Shown here in pieces: positions 47,701 to 56,658 of a stretch of 64,000 nucleotides of DNA (position 1 is its first letter; each line of letters opens with the position of its first letter). Below the pieces are notes generated by a model, which had not been told where the DNA came from, did not search any database, and saw only the letters and a list, made by a program, of their open reading frames with translations. Source of the stretch: Candidatus Fermentibacteraceae bacterium. Its GTDB lineage: Bacteria > Fermentibacterota > Fermentibacteria > Fermentibacterales > JCC-6. The stretch is from contig JBGSZS010000018.1 of assembly GCA_041750285.1 (NCBI GenBank), forward strand, positions 301,514 to 365,513. The letters run 5' to 3'. Position numbers and translations under genes: made by a program.

Positions 47701-48479
47701 TTGTCCAACCTTTCCACTTTCATGTCAATTCTTCTTCTGAAGTCAAACCAGGTGTCAAGAACACCTGTCAGGGCAACCGCCCCGAGCATGAACGGGGTCG
47801 CCAAAAGAAGCGCGACCGTCAGGACAACAGCCATGCCTGGATAAGAGGCGGCCCATCTCAAAACAACCGCACCACCCTCGATCAGGTAGGGCAGCGCCAT
47901 GAAGAGCAGCACGTTGTCGGCCATTCGGGCCGCAACCGGAGGAAGGGCGTCGGAAAAGACCCGGGCCAGGAGACAGGCTATCAGCACCCAGGCGGTTTCC
48001 CATCTGAGCGCGAACCTGACGGAAGGGCCGAAGCAATCCCTTTTCATCACCCTCAGGAACAACACGGCCGCAATGCAGCCCAGGGAGATCTGAACAGCTC
48101 CCATTCCCGGTGAGAGGTACTCCATCGTGGAGAAAACCTCACCTATCAGAGCCGGCTCCACACCCATGTCCGCATACAGCCGGGTGAGCGGTTCCATGTC
48201 ATCCAGATGCAGGTTCATGAAAACCGGATCCGGATCTGCCGGCAGGGATGCCCCAATCACCGTGACCGCAGCTGCGAGCGCAATGGTTCTTGTCGTACCC
48301 GCCCTTTTGCGAAGGCAAAGGGCAAGCGTTGCGGAACACAGAACCGTCATGATCCCGGCCTGCGGTCCCATGAGGAAGCCCATGATTCCGGCGAAAAGAA
48401 AACCCAGGGGGATCATTACAGGCCTGTTTCCGGACATGATCCCTGCCGCAACGCCGGCCACGAGGAAGGGAACTCCCAT
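47697..48479 (-). CDS. YybS/DUF2232-like membrane protein
   Basis: Polytopic, C-terminal G..D.WFDFR, typical position between rpsR and rplI. True start may lie further upstream. Confidence 0.75.
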   Translation of the reverse strand: MGVPFLVAGVAAGIMSGNRPVMIPLGFLFAGIMGFLMGPQAGIMTVLCSATLALCLRKRAGTTRTIALAAAVTVIGASLPADPDPVFMNLHLDDMEPLTRLYADMGVEPALIGEVFSTMEYLSPGMGAVQISLGCIAAVLFLRVMKRDCFGPSVRFALRWETAWVLIACLLARVFSDALPPVAARMADNVLLFMALPYLIEGGAVVLRWAASYPGMAVVLTVALLLATPFMLGAVALTGVLDTWFDFRRRIDMKVERLDK

Positions 48480-48553
48480 GATGAAGGACAGACTGCCCCA
48501 CAGAAGGGCTTTCCACCTTCTTCCTCTGGCTTCCCGGAAAACGGCGGGAGTGT

Positions 48554-48805
48554 CTATCTGAAGTGCTCCCGGGTGAAGGGGGCCATCGCCAGGAAACGGG
48601 CAATCTTGATCTGCCCCGCGACCATTCTCTGGTGACGCGCGCAGTTCCCGCTGACCCTGCGGGCCACGATCTTGCCGCGGTCGGAGACGTAGCGTTGAAT
48701 GACACGCTCATTCTTGTAGCTTATCTCCACATCGGGGTTGAGACAGAAGCGGCACTTCTTCTTCCTGAGGAGCTTTATCTTTTTTCTCGGCTTCTTTGCA
48801 GCCAT
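48554..48805 (-). CDS. rpsR: 30S ribosomal protein S18
   Basis: CRFC..I.YK, GKI..RR.SG.C..HQR and IK.AR motifs. Confidence 0.97.
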   Translation of the reverse strand: MAAKKPRKKIKLLRKKKCRFCLNPDVEISYKNERVIQRYVSDRGKIVARRVSGNCARHQRMVAGQIKIARFLAMAPFTREHFR

Positions 48806-48808
48806 GTT

Positions 48809-49180
48809 TCACATGCCTCCGTGTTCGATTGATTTTGTGAGGAGCTCAATCCTTCTTGCCTTGAGAACCATCCAGTGGTGCACCAGCTTGGTGTTTCTGT
48901 CCTGTTTCTGTCTTCCAGCCACCTGGGCCTCGATGAAAACAGGCTCACCCGGCTTCAGAAGTTCATCGCACCTCTCGGCCAGATCACCCCATATCTCAAC
49001 TGAAATCTCTCCCGTTGAAACATGCGCTTCTCCGGTTTCTGAATGCCCGGTCTCGGAGTTCTCGAGTACCAGAGTGATGACCGGAACCCCGATGTAGGTT
49101 CGGGAAAGGTCGGTGCGCCTCAGTACCCTTCCCGTAAGAAGAACGAGGTTCAGCAAAGGAGGATTGGCGTCAGGCGTCAC
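48809..49180 (-). CDS. Second SSB-like OB-fold protein lacking the acidic tail (PriB-like architecture)
   Basis: N.V.L.G.V, V..WG.LAE, G..V.IE and A.RIE.L motifs. Confidence 0.75.
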   Translation of the reverse strand: MTPDANPPLLNLVLLTGRVLRRTDLSRTYIGVPVITLVLENSETGHSETGEAHVSTGEISVEIWGDLAERCDELLKPGEPVFIEAQVAGRQKQDRNTKLVHHWMVLKARRIELLTKSIEHGGM

Positions 49181-49189
49181 TTGTCGTTC

Positions 49190-49633
49190 CTAGAACGGGA
49201 TGTCGTCGTCGTAGACAGGTTCATCCGCCATGTCCCTCTCGGGTGGGGGGGAATCGTCCACGGGATGCACATCGGAACTCCGCTCGCCCTCTTCCCGCTC
49301 GAGGAACTGGATTCTCCGCGCGAGTATCTCGAGAACATTCCGGGTGGTTCCATCCTGCGCTTTCCAGGACCTTGTCTGAAGCTCACCCTCAAGCATCACC
49401 GGGCTTCCCTTCCTGAGCCTTTCGGCGGCGATCTCGGCGGTCTTTCGCCAGCAGACGACATCGACGTAGCAGGTCTTCTTGTGGAATTCGTTGTCCCGTC
49501 CCTTGTAGAACTGGTTGCTTGCCACCCTGAAGTTCGTGACGTGAACTCCGTTTTCAAGGATGTTCTGTCTGGGGTCGTCGGTCAGGTTGCCGGAGATGAC
49601 CACCATGTTCAGGGAAGGCATGCGGATGTTCAT
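49190..49633 (-). CDS. ssb: Single-stranded DNA-binding protein
   Basis: N.V.I.GNLT.DP, W...AE, EG.LQTR.W and C-terminal DDDIPF. Confidence 0.97.
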   Translation of the reverse strand: MNIRMPSLNMVVISGNLTDDPRQNILENGVHVTNFRVASNQFYKGRDNEFHKKTCYVDVVCWRKTAEIAAERLRKGSPVMLEGELQTRSWKAQDGTTRNVLEILARRIQFLEREEGERSSDVHPVDDSPPPERDMADEPVYDDDIPF

Positions 49634-49959
49634 TCCTCTTCCTCCTCTTCCCCAAAGGATGCTGAAGGACCTTCGTCCCCCGTCTTCAGGGTAAGGTGGC
49701 GCAGGGACTTCTCATTGATCCTGAGCATCTTGTCCAGGGCGTCTATGGTCTGCGACGCGCCGTCCCAGCGGAAGAACGTGTAGATGCCTTCGGTCTGTTT
49801 CTTGATGGGATAGGCGAGCTGTCTGCGTCCCCAGACATCGATGCCTTTGTACTCCGAGCCGCTTGCCCTGATGATTTCGACGATCCTGCCGTTTTCGGTT
49901 TCCTGTTCCGATTCGGACAGACTGGGCGCCCAGATGACCACGGTTTCGTAACTGCGCAA
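49630..49959 (-). CDS. rpsF: 30S ribosomal protein S6
   Basis: R.YE..VI..P and WG.R.LAYPI.K..EG.Y motifs; TTG start after GGAGG. Confidence 0.96.
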   Translation of the reverse strand: MRSYETVVIWAPSLSESEQETENGRIVEIIRASGSEYKGIDVWGRRQLAYPIKKQTEGIYTFFRWDGASQTIDALDKMLRINEKSLRHLTLKTGDEGPSASFGEEEEEE

Positions 49960-49964
49960 GCTTG

Positions 49965-50016
49965 AAGCCTCCTTCCGGCCACAACTGGAAACAAACACCG
50001 GCCCGGAAAAAGGCTT
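49965..50016 (-). promoter_or_regulatory. Candidate rpsF leader stem sequestering the Shine-Dalgarno
   Basis: Minus strand AAGCCTTTTTCCGG pairs with CCGGAAGGAGGCTT (14 bp, two G-U). Confidence 0.55.
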
Positions 50017-50162
50017 GAACAATCGGATGTTCAGGTGCCACCCCCGGACCGGTGAACAACATCGTTCAGTGTTTTCACTTCGGCTCCACCACAGGGGTGG
50101 AGCAGGCAGCAGCCCCGAGTATGCACAAAAAGAAGCAAAGGTCAAGGCCCGCTCAACTATAG

Positions 50163-50192
50163 GGAAGGGGGGCGCCGAAACGCCCCCCTTCC
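50163..50192 (-). terminator. Terminator-like hairpin after the C25 peptidase gene
   Basis: GGAAGGGGGGCG/CGCCCCCCTTCC. Confidence 0.7.
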
Positions 50193-50207
50193 AGGGAAAC
50201 CTGCGTA

Positions 50208-52490
50208 CTACTTCAGAACCATCACCTGGGTTGAGACGGTTCCCGCCGGGCCTTCAAGCCTGACGAAGTAAACGCCGTTGGCAAAGCCGGATGCGTTCCA
50301 GTTCACCGAGTGGGAACCGGGGGAGAGCTCGCCGGAGTGGAGAGTGTCAACCTGGCGGCCCGCGACGTCGTAAACGGCGATGCTGGCAACGCCCGCAGAG
50401 GGCAGGTTGAAGTTCACCACAGCGGTCGTGCTTATCGGGTTGGGGCTTGCGGAAAGAGTGTATGCCGAGGCAGGAATGCCCGAGCTTGTCTCTTCTGAAA
50501 CGCCAACCCCGCCGATGGTGGCGGTAACGGGGTTGTAGTTGTGCATCCTGGCGCCCGTGTAGAGCATTGGTGTGCCGGAGGGAATCGTCACCGTGAAGGA
50601 GGCGACGCCCGAGGCGTTGGTAAGGGCGGTTTCGTGGAAGGTCATTTCGTGGGCCGTTCCGTCGATACCGTCAGAAAGGGAGGCCAGAGCGCCGGCAACG
50701 GGCGTGCCGTTGCTTGTCACGGTAACGGCAATTGTCTGCACGCCGGTGCTGAAGTTGGCGGGGGCGGCGATAGCCAGGGGCTGGGGATTCGCGGCGTCGT
50801 TGGTGAAGATCTCCATCGCGGGGTCGCCGAACCAGAGGTACATCTTTGCGTTGGTCTCGCCAAGGCTGCCGTGGATGCTGATGGTGACCACTGTGGCGTC
50901 GTTGATGGCTTCGGTGACGTTATAGACGCCTTCGTCGTAAAGCATGATGTAGATCTGCTTCATGTAGTCGTGGTTGGGAATGGTGTAGCTGGGGTCGTTG
51001 GCGCCGAGGTTGCCGCTGGGGCCGCCCACTGCCCACTGGAAGCTCTCGGAGAGGCATTCGCCCTGCTGGTAGCGGCCGCAGAGGCAGGCGATGGTGAACA
51101 CCGGGGGCATGAAGGTGTTGGTGAGTGCGTCGATGTTGGTTTTGGTCCAGGTGCCCGGCGCGCTCCAGCTCCAGTTCGTCACATCACCGTGTCCACGGTA
51201 TCCGACGGTACCGATCCCGGTGTTGAACCACTCGGAAACCATTGTGTTGGTGCCGCCCTCGGGTGGGTAGACCTTGAAGAAGGTCATGTCGCACAGGCTG
51301 TAGTCGTAGGCCGCAAGCTCATTGCAGCACTGGGTGTACTTGCCGGGATACTGTTCCTGATGGGCTGCGAGAACCGTGGTGCTTGGGATGATACCGGTGG
51401 TAAGCCTGTCGTTGAAGTTGTACTGCAGATAGCCGTCGATGATCTTGTCGACCTGGTGGCTGATCTGTGCGGATGATCCGGTAAGACGACCGACTGCGAC
51501 TTCGGGCATGAGGTCGGTTCCAACGACACATGCGTACCAGTAGTCGCCCACGAAACCGCCGTAGTTGTAGCTGGGCATTTCGGTGTCGGTTCCGGCTATG
51601 AGTGCGAACCTGGTGGTCGCCGAATCGTAGTTGTCGGCGATGGCTGCCTTGAGCTGGGCGGACGTGGGGGCAGTGGCGAAGGTTTCGACAGTGGTTTCGT
51701 AGCCGATGGACTGGTAGAACTGCACCAGGGGAAGAACCGCGTCGTAGTGGTTCTGATAGACAAGGAAGATGTACTCGGCGCCAACGGCGTCGACAGGAGC
51801 ACCTGCGGCGGCCTTGAAGTCGGCGAAGTTCACGAGCTGCCTGGAAGCCGAAGAGAGAAGCGCAGGGTTCACGGGGTAGGCAAGAGCCTCGGCGTTCCCG
51901 TCGAAGTCAACCCGCACGCTGATGGATGTGGCGACCTGAAGCTCGCCGGTGACGGGGTTGTAACGTACGGGATTCAGAAGAAGACGGCCCGTGTTGAAAC
52001 CGCCCCAGATGCCGTAGCTTTCGGTCTGAGCCCATGCCGCGGGGAAGAATGCGTCGGTTCCGTAAACCTGCTGGTCGATGCGGAAGCCGTCAGGGGGGGT
52101 CGGCATGTCGACAGCGGGGGTCTGGATGGGAAGAAGGGAGATGCCCTGGTAGGTAACGAAATCAACGTCAGTGACAGTGACAACGGGCTGTGTGCCGAAA
52201 GGAAGCGCGAACAGCCTGGCAACCGACGGAGTCTCAGGGGTACCGATACTGCTCTGGGCCGCAGCCTCGGGAAGCTCAACCCTGTCGTACGTGGAACCAC
52301 CCGCGGGATACTGGTTGAGCCAGAAACCCGGAAGGGTGACTTCGGCCAGCATGTGCATGCCGTCGGACTGCTGGACCTGGAAATCAGCGGCTGCGCCGGG
52401 ATTGCCGCCGAAGCTCTGCCACTGGGCAAGGCCCGGGTAACCGAACGCTGAAAATGCCATGATCAGCGCGATAAAGAAAACGTTCTTCAA
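50208..52490 (-). CDS. C25 (gingipain-like) cysteine peptidase with propeptide and T9SS-like CTD
   Basis: Signal peptide, propeptide (G.PE.P, PV.YNP), D..Y, VGRL, YRGHG (His), IACLCG (Cys), FGDP, SPNP..YD.AGR..GVYF. TTG start after AGGAG. Confidence 0.9.
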   Translation of the reverse strand: MKNVFFIALIMAFSAFGYPGLAQWQSFGGNPGAAADFQVQQSDGMHMLAEVTLPGFWLNQYPAGGSTYDRVELPEAAAQSSIGTPETPSVARLFALPFGTQPVVTVTDVDFVTYQGISLLPIQTPAVDMPTPPDGFRIDQQVYGTDAFFPAAWAQTESYGIWGGFNTGRLLLNPVRYNPVTGELQVATSISVRVDFDGNAEALAYPVNPALLSSASRQLVNFADFKAAAGAPVDAVGAEYIFLVYQNHYDAVLPLVQFYQSIGYETTVETFATAPTSAQLKAAIADNYDSATTRFALIAGTDTEMPSYNYGGFVGDYWYACVVGTDLMPEVAVGRLTGSSAQISHQVDKIIDGYLQYNFNDRLTTGIIPSTTVLAAHQEQYPGKYTQCCNELAAYDYSLCDMTFFKVYPPEGGTNTMVSEWFNTGIGTVGYRGHGDVTNWSWSAPGTWTKTNIDALTNTFMPPVFTIACLCGRYQQGECLSESFQWAVGGPSGNLGANDPSYTIPNHDYMKQIYIMLYDEGVYNVTEAINDATVVTISIHGSLGETNAKMYLWFGDPAMEIFTNDAANPQPLAIAAPANFSTGVQTIAVTVTSNGTPVAGALASLSDGIDGTAHEMTFHETALTNASGVASFTVTIPSGTPMLYTGARMHNYNPVTATIGGVGVSEETSSGIPASAYTLSASPNPISTTAVVNFNLPSAGVASIAVYDVAGRQVDTLHSGELSPGSHSVNWNASGFANGVYFVRLEGPAGTVSTQVMVLK

Positions 52491-52674
52491 GGCAACTCCT
52501 CTCAGGAATGGAACAAAATCCATCTTCTGGAAAACCTGTCGTAGGTTCATGGGCCGCATAACAATTAGCACAATAGTCTGGCCAAGGTTCCCGCTCATGT
52601 CAAGTGCCCTTTCAGCACGATCAGTTGACCTGGCACCAAGGTCTGCCGATATTGAGCCTTCGAAAGGAGAAACA

Positions 52675-53373
52675 ATGCAGAAACTTCTTGTTGCGGTCGT
52701 GGCTGTTCTTTCAGCGGGTATTCTGTTCGCGGGCCCAAGGGTGGGCGCCCGGGCGGGATACTACGGAACCACAAACCCCTTCACCGGCCAGGAAACCGAC
52801 GGACCTGCGCTGGGCGGACAGCTTGTCCTTCCCCTCGCCGGTCTCTTCGACCTGGAGTTCAGTGGAACATACGCCTCTTCCAAGGCCGACATCGTGATGT
52901 CCGACTACCTGGTCAACTATGTGAACGAAACCTACGGCATTGACTTCAGCAACAACCCCGACGGCCTTCGGCAGTACATTGAAAGCCAGTGGGGCTGGTC
53001 GGATCCCGGCATACTCAATCAGACCTACGAGGCAACCTACCACGATGTCGGGCTGGCAAGCGTTCTGAAGCTCGGCGTACCCCTGGGCGCTTCCGTTCTG
53101 AAACCCTACGTGGGGGGCGGCTTCGGCGTGCACTTCACCGCAAGCGATGCCGACGCAATGCTTGCCGCCATCGAAACCCAGACCCAGGGCACGACCACGA
53201 TCGACCCCTACGACCACATTCACCCTTCGCTGCTCGGGGTGGTGGGTATAAGCGTACGACCGCCCATGCTTCCCCTCTCTTTCTTCGGTGAGTACAACTA
53301 CTCGAAGCCCATGGGCGACGAAGCCGGCGACCCCATCAACGCATTTGCCGCAGGGGTGAACTTCGGGTTCTAG
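52675..53373 (+). CDS. Outer-membrane beta-barrel protein
   Basis: Signal peptide, PYVGGG.G, terminal GVNFGF. Confidence 0.8.
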   Translation: MQKLLVAVVAVLSAGILFAGPRVGARAGYYGTTNPFTGQETDGPALGGQLVLPLAGLFDLEFSGTYASSKADIVMSDYLVNYVNETYGIDFSNNPDGLRQYIESQWGWSDPGILNQTYEATYHDVGLASVLKLGVPLGASVLKPYVGGGFGVHFTASDADAMLAAIETQTQGTTTIDPYDHIHPSLLGVVGISVRPPMLPLSFFGEYNYSKPMGDEAGDPINAFAAGVNFGF

Positions 53374-53388
53374 TCTTTTGCGGGTTCG

Positions 53389-54186
53389 TCAGGGGGCGTC
53401 TTCTTGGCGCCCCTTTTCGATGCCTTCCCTGAGCGAAATCCAGAGATTTGGGGCGGCTGCGCACACCCCCGCCGAGGAAAGGTCCCAGTCCCCACCTTCG
53501 TAGGCGCCAACGATGCCGCCCGCCTCTCTCACGAGAAGGGCTCCCGCCGCCATGTCCCATGGGCGGAGCGTCTTTTCCCAGTAGGCGCCCAGCCTTCCGC
53601 AGGCCGTATAGGCAAGGTCCAGAGCAGCAGAACCCGATCTTCTTATCCCCCGCGCGAAACCCAGAAAGTGTTTCAGCACCCCAAGGTCCGTGTTTATGCC
53701 GCCGGGAGTCCTGTTGTATGGAAACCCCGTTGCCATGAGGGCGTCCGAGAGACTGGAGACTTCGAGGCAGCGCATCCGGTTCCCGTTCAGAAAGGCTCCC
53801 CCACCCCTCGTGGCGGTGAAGGATTCATTTCGAACAGGGTCGAAAGTGCAGCACAGACGGGGCCCCCATTCATCCACCAAGGCCGCGCTCACGCAGAAGA
53901 ACGGAAAATCGAAGGCGAAATTGTTGGTGCCGTCGAGCGGGTCGGCGATCCAGAACGGGGGTTCGGGAAGAGGGCCGGAAAAACCCTCCTCCCCAACGAA
54001 GGGCACTCCCGGCATCAGCCTCGTTAAAGTTCGGCACAGAAGTTCTTCAGAGGCGGTGTCGGCTTCTGTTAAAAGCTCCATGCCCGCCTTCGATGTCGGG
54101 ACGACACCCGCGCGCCTGAAATCCAGCAGAAGTGCACCGGCCTCGGAGCAGGCCATGGCGAGTTGCTTCTGCAGTATTGCATCCAT
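53389..54186 (-). CDS. suhB: Inositol monophosphatase family protein
   Basis: TEAD, GEE, WIADPLDGT.NF, RR.GSAALDL and WD.AAG motifs. Confidence 0.9.
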   Translation of the reverse strand: MDAILQKQLAMACSEAGALLLDFRRAGVVPTSKAGMELLTEADTASEELLCRTLTRLMPGVPFVGEEGFSGPLPEPPFWIADPLDGTNNFAFDFPFFCVSAALVDEWGPRLCCTFDPVRNESFTATRGGGAFLNGNRMRCLEVSSLSDALMATGFPYNRTPGGINTDLGVLKHFLGFARGIRRSGSAALDLAYTACGRLGAYWEKTLRPWDMAAGALLVREAGGIVGAYEGGDWDLSSAGVCAAAPNLWISLREGIEKGRQEDAP

Positions 54187-54280
54187 GGAGGAAACATACC
54201 GCAGAAAAGCTCAAACAGCCCCGTCTTCATATATTCGGTACCGAAGGAAGGAAGCCGGCCGGAACAGGTTGGCCTTGGGA

Positions 54281-55081
54281 ATGAAGGCTCTGAGAAACAA
54301 ACTTGCCTTGAACCTGGGAAGGGGTCTGGGAGTTCTTTTCATCGCCATGGGGGTTACCGTTGCGATCCTTTCCCTCGTGGTGATAGAGCCGTTTCACAGA
54401 ACAATGCGATACATGGACGAAAGCCTGAACAGCGCCGAGGGTCTGGCCAGGAACGCCAGATCCGGGGTGGAGAATTCGTCCGGGATCATCGGCGGCGCGT
54501 CGAGTTCCCTTGTTGCAACGGCATCCGCCCTTGATCAGCTGGTCAATCTTCTGATACAGACCGGAACCGCCCTCGAGCGGATAAGGTTGGTCATGCCCGA
54601 TCTGGCGGCTGACCTGAGAAGCATGTCCCGGCTGGCGGGAGCAATGCTTCCCGGCAACCGTCTGAATGCAACCTCGGATAAACTGGATTCGCTGCACAAC
54701 ACCACCGAAGACCTCGAAGGGGTTATCGTAGTACTATCCGGCAGGGTGGTCGCCGTGAGGGAAAACCTCGATTCGCTTACGTGCGAGATGGCGGCGCTGG
54801 AGGAAGACGCAGCCGGTCTCGAGGCTTCGCTCAGCAGGGCGAACGAATCACTCTCACGGCTCGCAGGGTCGTTCAGCCCTTCGGGAGTCACTGCGATCTT
54901 TCTCTGGGGATCACTTCTCCTTGGTGCGCTGATGATCCTGACCGGTTCGTTCCTTCTTCTGAAGCTGGAGCAATCCGTCACTTTCGATGAATTGGACATC
55001 GTGCATCCAAAAACGGTGGAACACCTGGACAACGGGCGAGTAACAGAAGGACAGGCGGATTTTGATGAACCCCGTAACTGA
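54281..55081 (+). CDS. Membrane protein with long coiled-coil between two TM helices
   Basis: N- and C-terminal TM segments, heptad-rich middle. Confidence 0.7.
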   Translation: MKALRNKLALNLGRGLGVLFIAMGVTVAILSLVVIEPFHRTMRYMDESLNSAEGLARNARSGVENSSGIIGGASSSLVATASALDQLVNLLIQTGTALERIRLVMPDLAADLRSMSRLAGAMLPGNRLNATSDKLDSLHNTTEDLEGVIVVLSGRVVAVRENLDSLTCEMAALEEDAAGLEASLSRANESLSRLAGSFSPSGVTAIFLWGSLLLGALMILTGSFLLLKLEQSVTFDELDIVHPKTVEHLDNGRVTEGQADFDEPRN

Positions 55082-55096
55082 AGTATATAGTTGCAT

Positions 55097-55603
55097 ATGA
55101 TCAGGATCGTTTTCTCTGTGCTGCTCTTCACGGCGTTGCTCCGGGCAGGCAGTGTGCCGCTTCTTGCGGATACGCTGGAGCTGTCCGTGGGGCAGTACCG
55201 ATACATCAGCTTCAGGGTCAACGAAGCCCAGGGCAGGGAAGCCCGGATATCGGGAACCATCAGCATCACCCCGGATACCGCCCGTGTCGAGTACATCCTT
55301 CTTACCTCCGACGGTTTCCGGAGATGGAGTTCAGGCATCGAAACCGACACACTGGCATTCCTGACCACATCATCGGGCCATTTCGAACTGGGAATACCCG
55401 ACTTCGGAGACCATGTCCTTCTTGTCAGCAACCGCGGCAACTTCCATCCCGTAAGTGTTTCCATTACTGCCGAACTCAGTTTCCTCGGTGACGGGATCAG
55501 ATACAACAATCTTCCCATGGCTTTCCAGCTGATGCTCGTCCTGCTCGCGGGCGGTGTTGTGGTCGCTGCCGCAGCGATTGCGGTTCGAAAGCTGAGGAGG
55601 TAG
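55097..55603 (+). CDS. Hypothetical exported protein with C-terminal membrane anchor
   Basis: Signal peptide, beta-sandwich-like body, C-terminal TM plus RKLRR. Confidence 0.7.
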   Translation: MIRIVFSVLLFTALLRAGSVPLLADTLELSVGQYRYISFRVNEAQGREARISGTISITPDTARVEYILLTSDGFRRWSSGIETDTLAFLTTSSGHFELGIPDFGDHVLLVSNRGNFHPVSVSITAELSFLGDGIRYNNLPMAFQLMLVLLAGGVVVAAAAIAVRKLRR

Positions 55604-55659
55604 ATGAAATTCGGTTCATCGTTCATTGATGAATCACGATTCTTCGGAAGAGGTACCTG

Positions 55660-56106
55660 ATGCTTATTTCAACGAGAAGCAGATACGGTCTCAGGGCTCT
55701 CGTCAGACTTGCCGCCCTCGAGGGGGAATCACCGGTCTCCCTGGCAAAGATCGCCGAGGATGAGAACATTCCCATCCGATATCTTGAGCAGATATTCATC
55801 AAGCTCCGCGACAAGGGGATAGTGAAGGGACTACGGGGTCCGGGAGGCGGCTACTCACTGGGAATGCCATCAGACTCAATATCAATAATGTCGGTTGTCA
55901 GCCTTCTGGAGAACGACTTCCTTCCCACGAACTGCGTGCTCCCCGGTTTCGAGGATGAGCAGTGCGAAAGCAAGGACTGCGATCTGACGGAGATCTGCAG
56001 GACCAGGCAGCTCTGGGCAAACCTGAGGGCTCTAACCGTCGATTACCTTAACAGACATACCATAGCCGACCTTCTCTACGGGCGGCTTGAGAAACTGGAG
56101 GGATGA
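55660..56106 (+). CDS. Rrf2-family regulator (IscR/CymR-like)
   Basis: ST..RYG.RA, YLEQIF..L, RG..GGY; four C-terminal Cys. Confidence 0.92.
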   Translation: MLISTRSRYGLRALVRLAALEGESPVSLAKIAEDENIPIRYLEQIFIKLRDKGIVKGLRGPGGGYSLGMPSDSISIMSVVSLLENDFLPTNCVLPGFEDEQCESKDCDLTEICRTRQLWANLRALTVDYLNRHTIADLLYGRLEKLEG

Positions 56107-56109
56107 GCC

Positions 56110-56658
56110 GTGTGGAAGTACTCCGAGGTCCTTATGGACCATTTCATGAATCCCAGGAACGTTGGCACCCTCGAAAACCCTGACGGCCATTCAGAGGTGG
56201 GTTCCCCGCAGTGCGGCGACGCCATGAACCTCGATATCGAGATAGACCAGGATGACCGCGTGAGCGACATCAAATTCCGCACGTTCGGTTGTGCGGGAGC
56301 CATAGCGAGCGCTTCAGCCCTCACGGAACTGGTGAAGGGGCTCCCGCTGGATGAAGCCCTCAAGGTCAAGAACAGCCAGATCGCCGAGTATCTTGGGGGC
56401 ATGCCGCCCGAGAAGTACCACTGCTCCGTAATGGGTCAGCAGGCTCTGAAGGCTGCCGTGAAAGATTTCAGGGAGAAGAGCGCTCAGGTCAGGCAGGCCG
56501 TGGACGGGATAATCTCGGGTTTCAAGGGGATCACTGTTATCAAGATCCATCCCCGCTGGATACTCGTCAAAGGAGAAAGCCCCGAATTCGAGCGGATTCA
56601 GGATGTCCTCGAAGGGAAGCTCGGGCGCCGCATCGAGATCAGAAGGACCGCGGAATGA
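56110..56658 (+). CDS. iscU: Fe-S cluster scaffold IscU/NifU N-terminal domain with C-terminal extension
   Basis: DHF.NPRNVG, CGD, F.TFGC..AIAS and P.K.HCS motifs. Confidence 0.9.
   Translation: MWKYSEVLMDHFMNPRNVGTLENPDGHSEVGSPQCGDAMNLDIEIDQDDRVSDIKFRTFGCAGAIASASALTELVKGLPLDEALKVKNSQIAEYLGGMPPEKYHCSVMGQQALKAAVKDFREKSAQVRQAVDGIISGFKGITVIKIHPRWILVKGESPEFERIQDVLEGKLGRRIEIRRTAE

Noticed and set aside
53690-54280. N-terminal part of ORF 53690-55081
   Set aside because: It overlaps suhB on the opposite strand; the start was moved to 54281.
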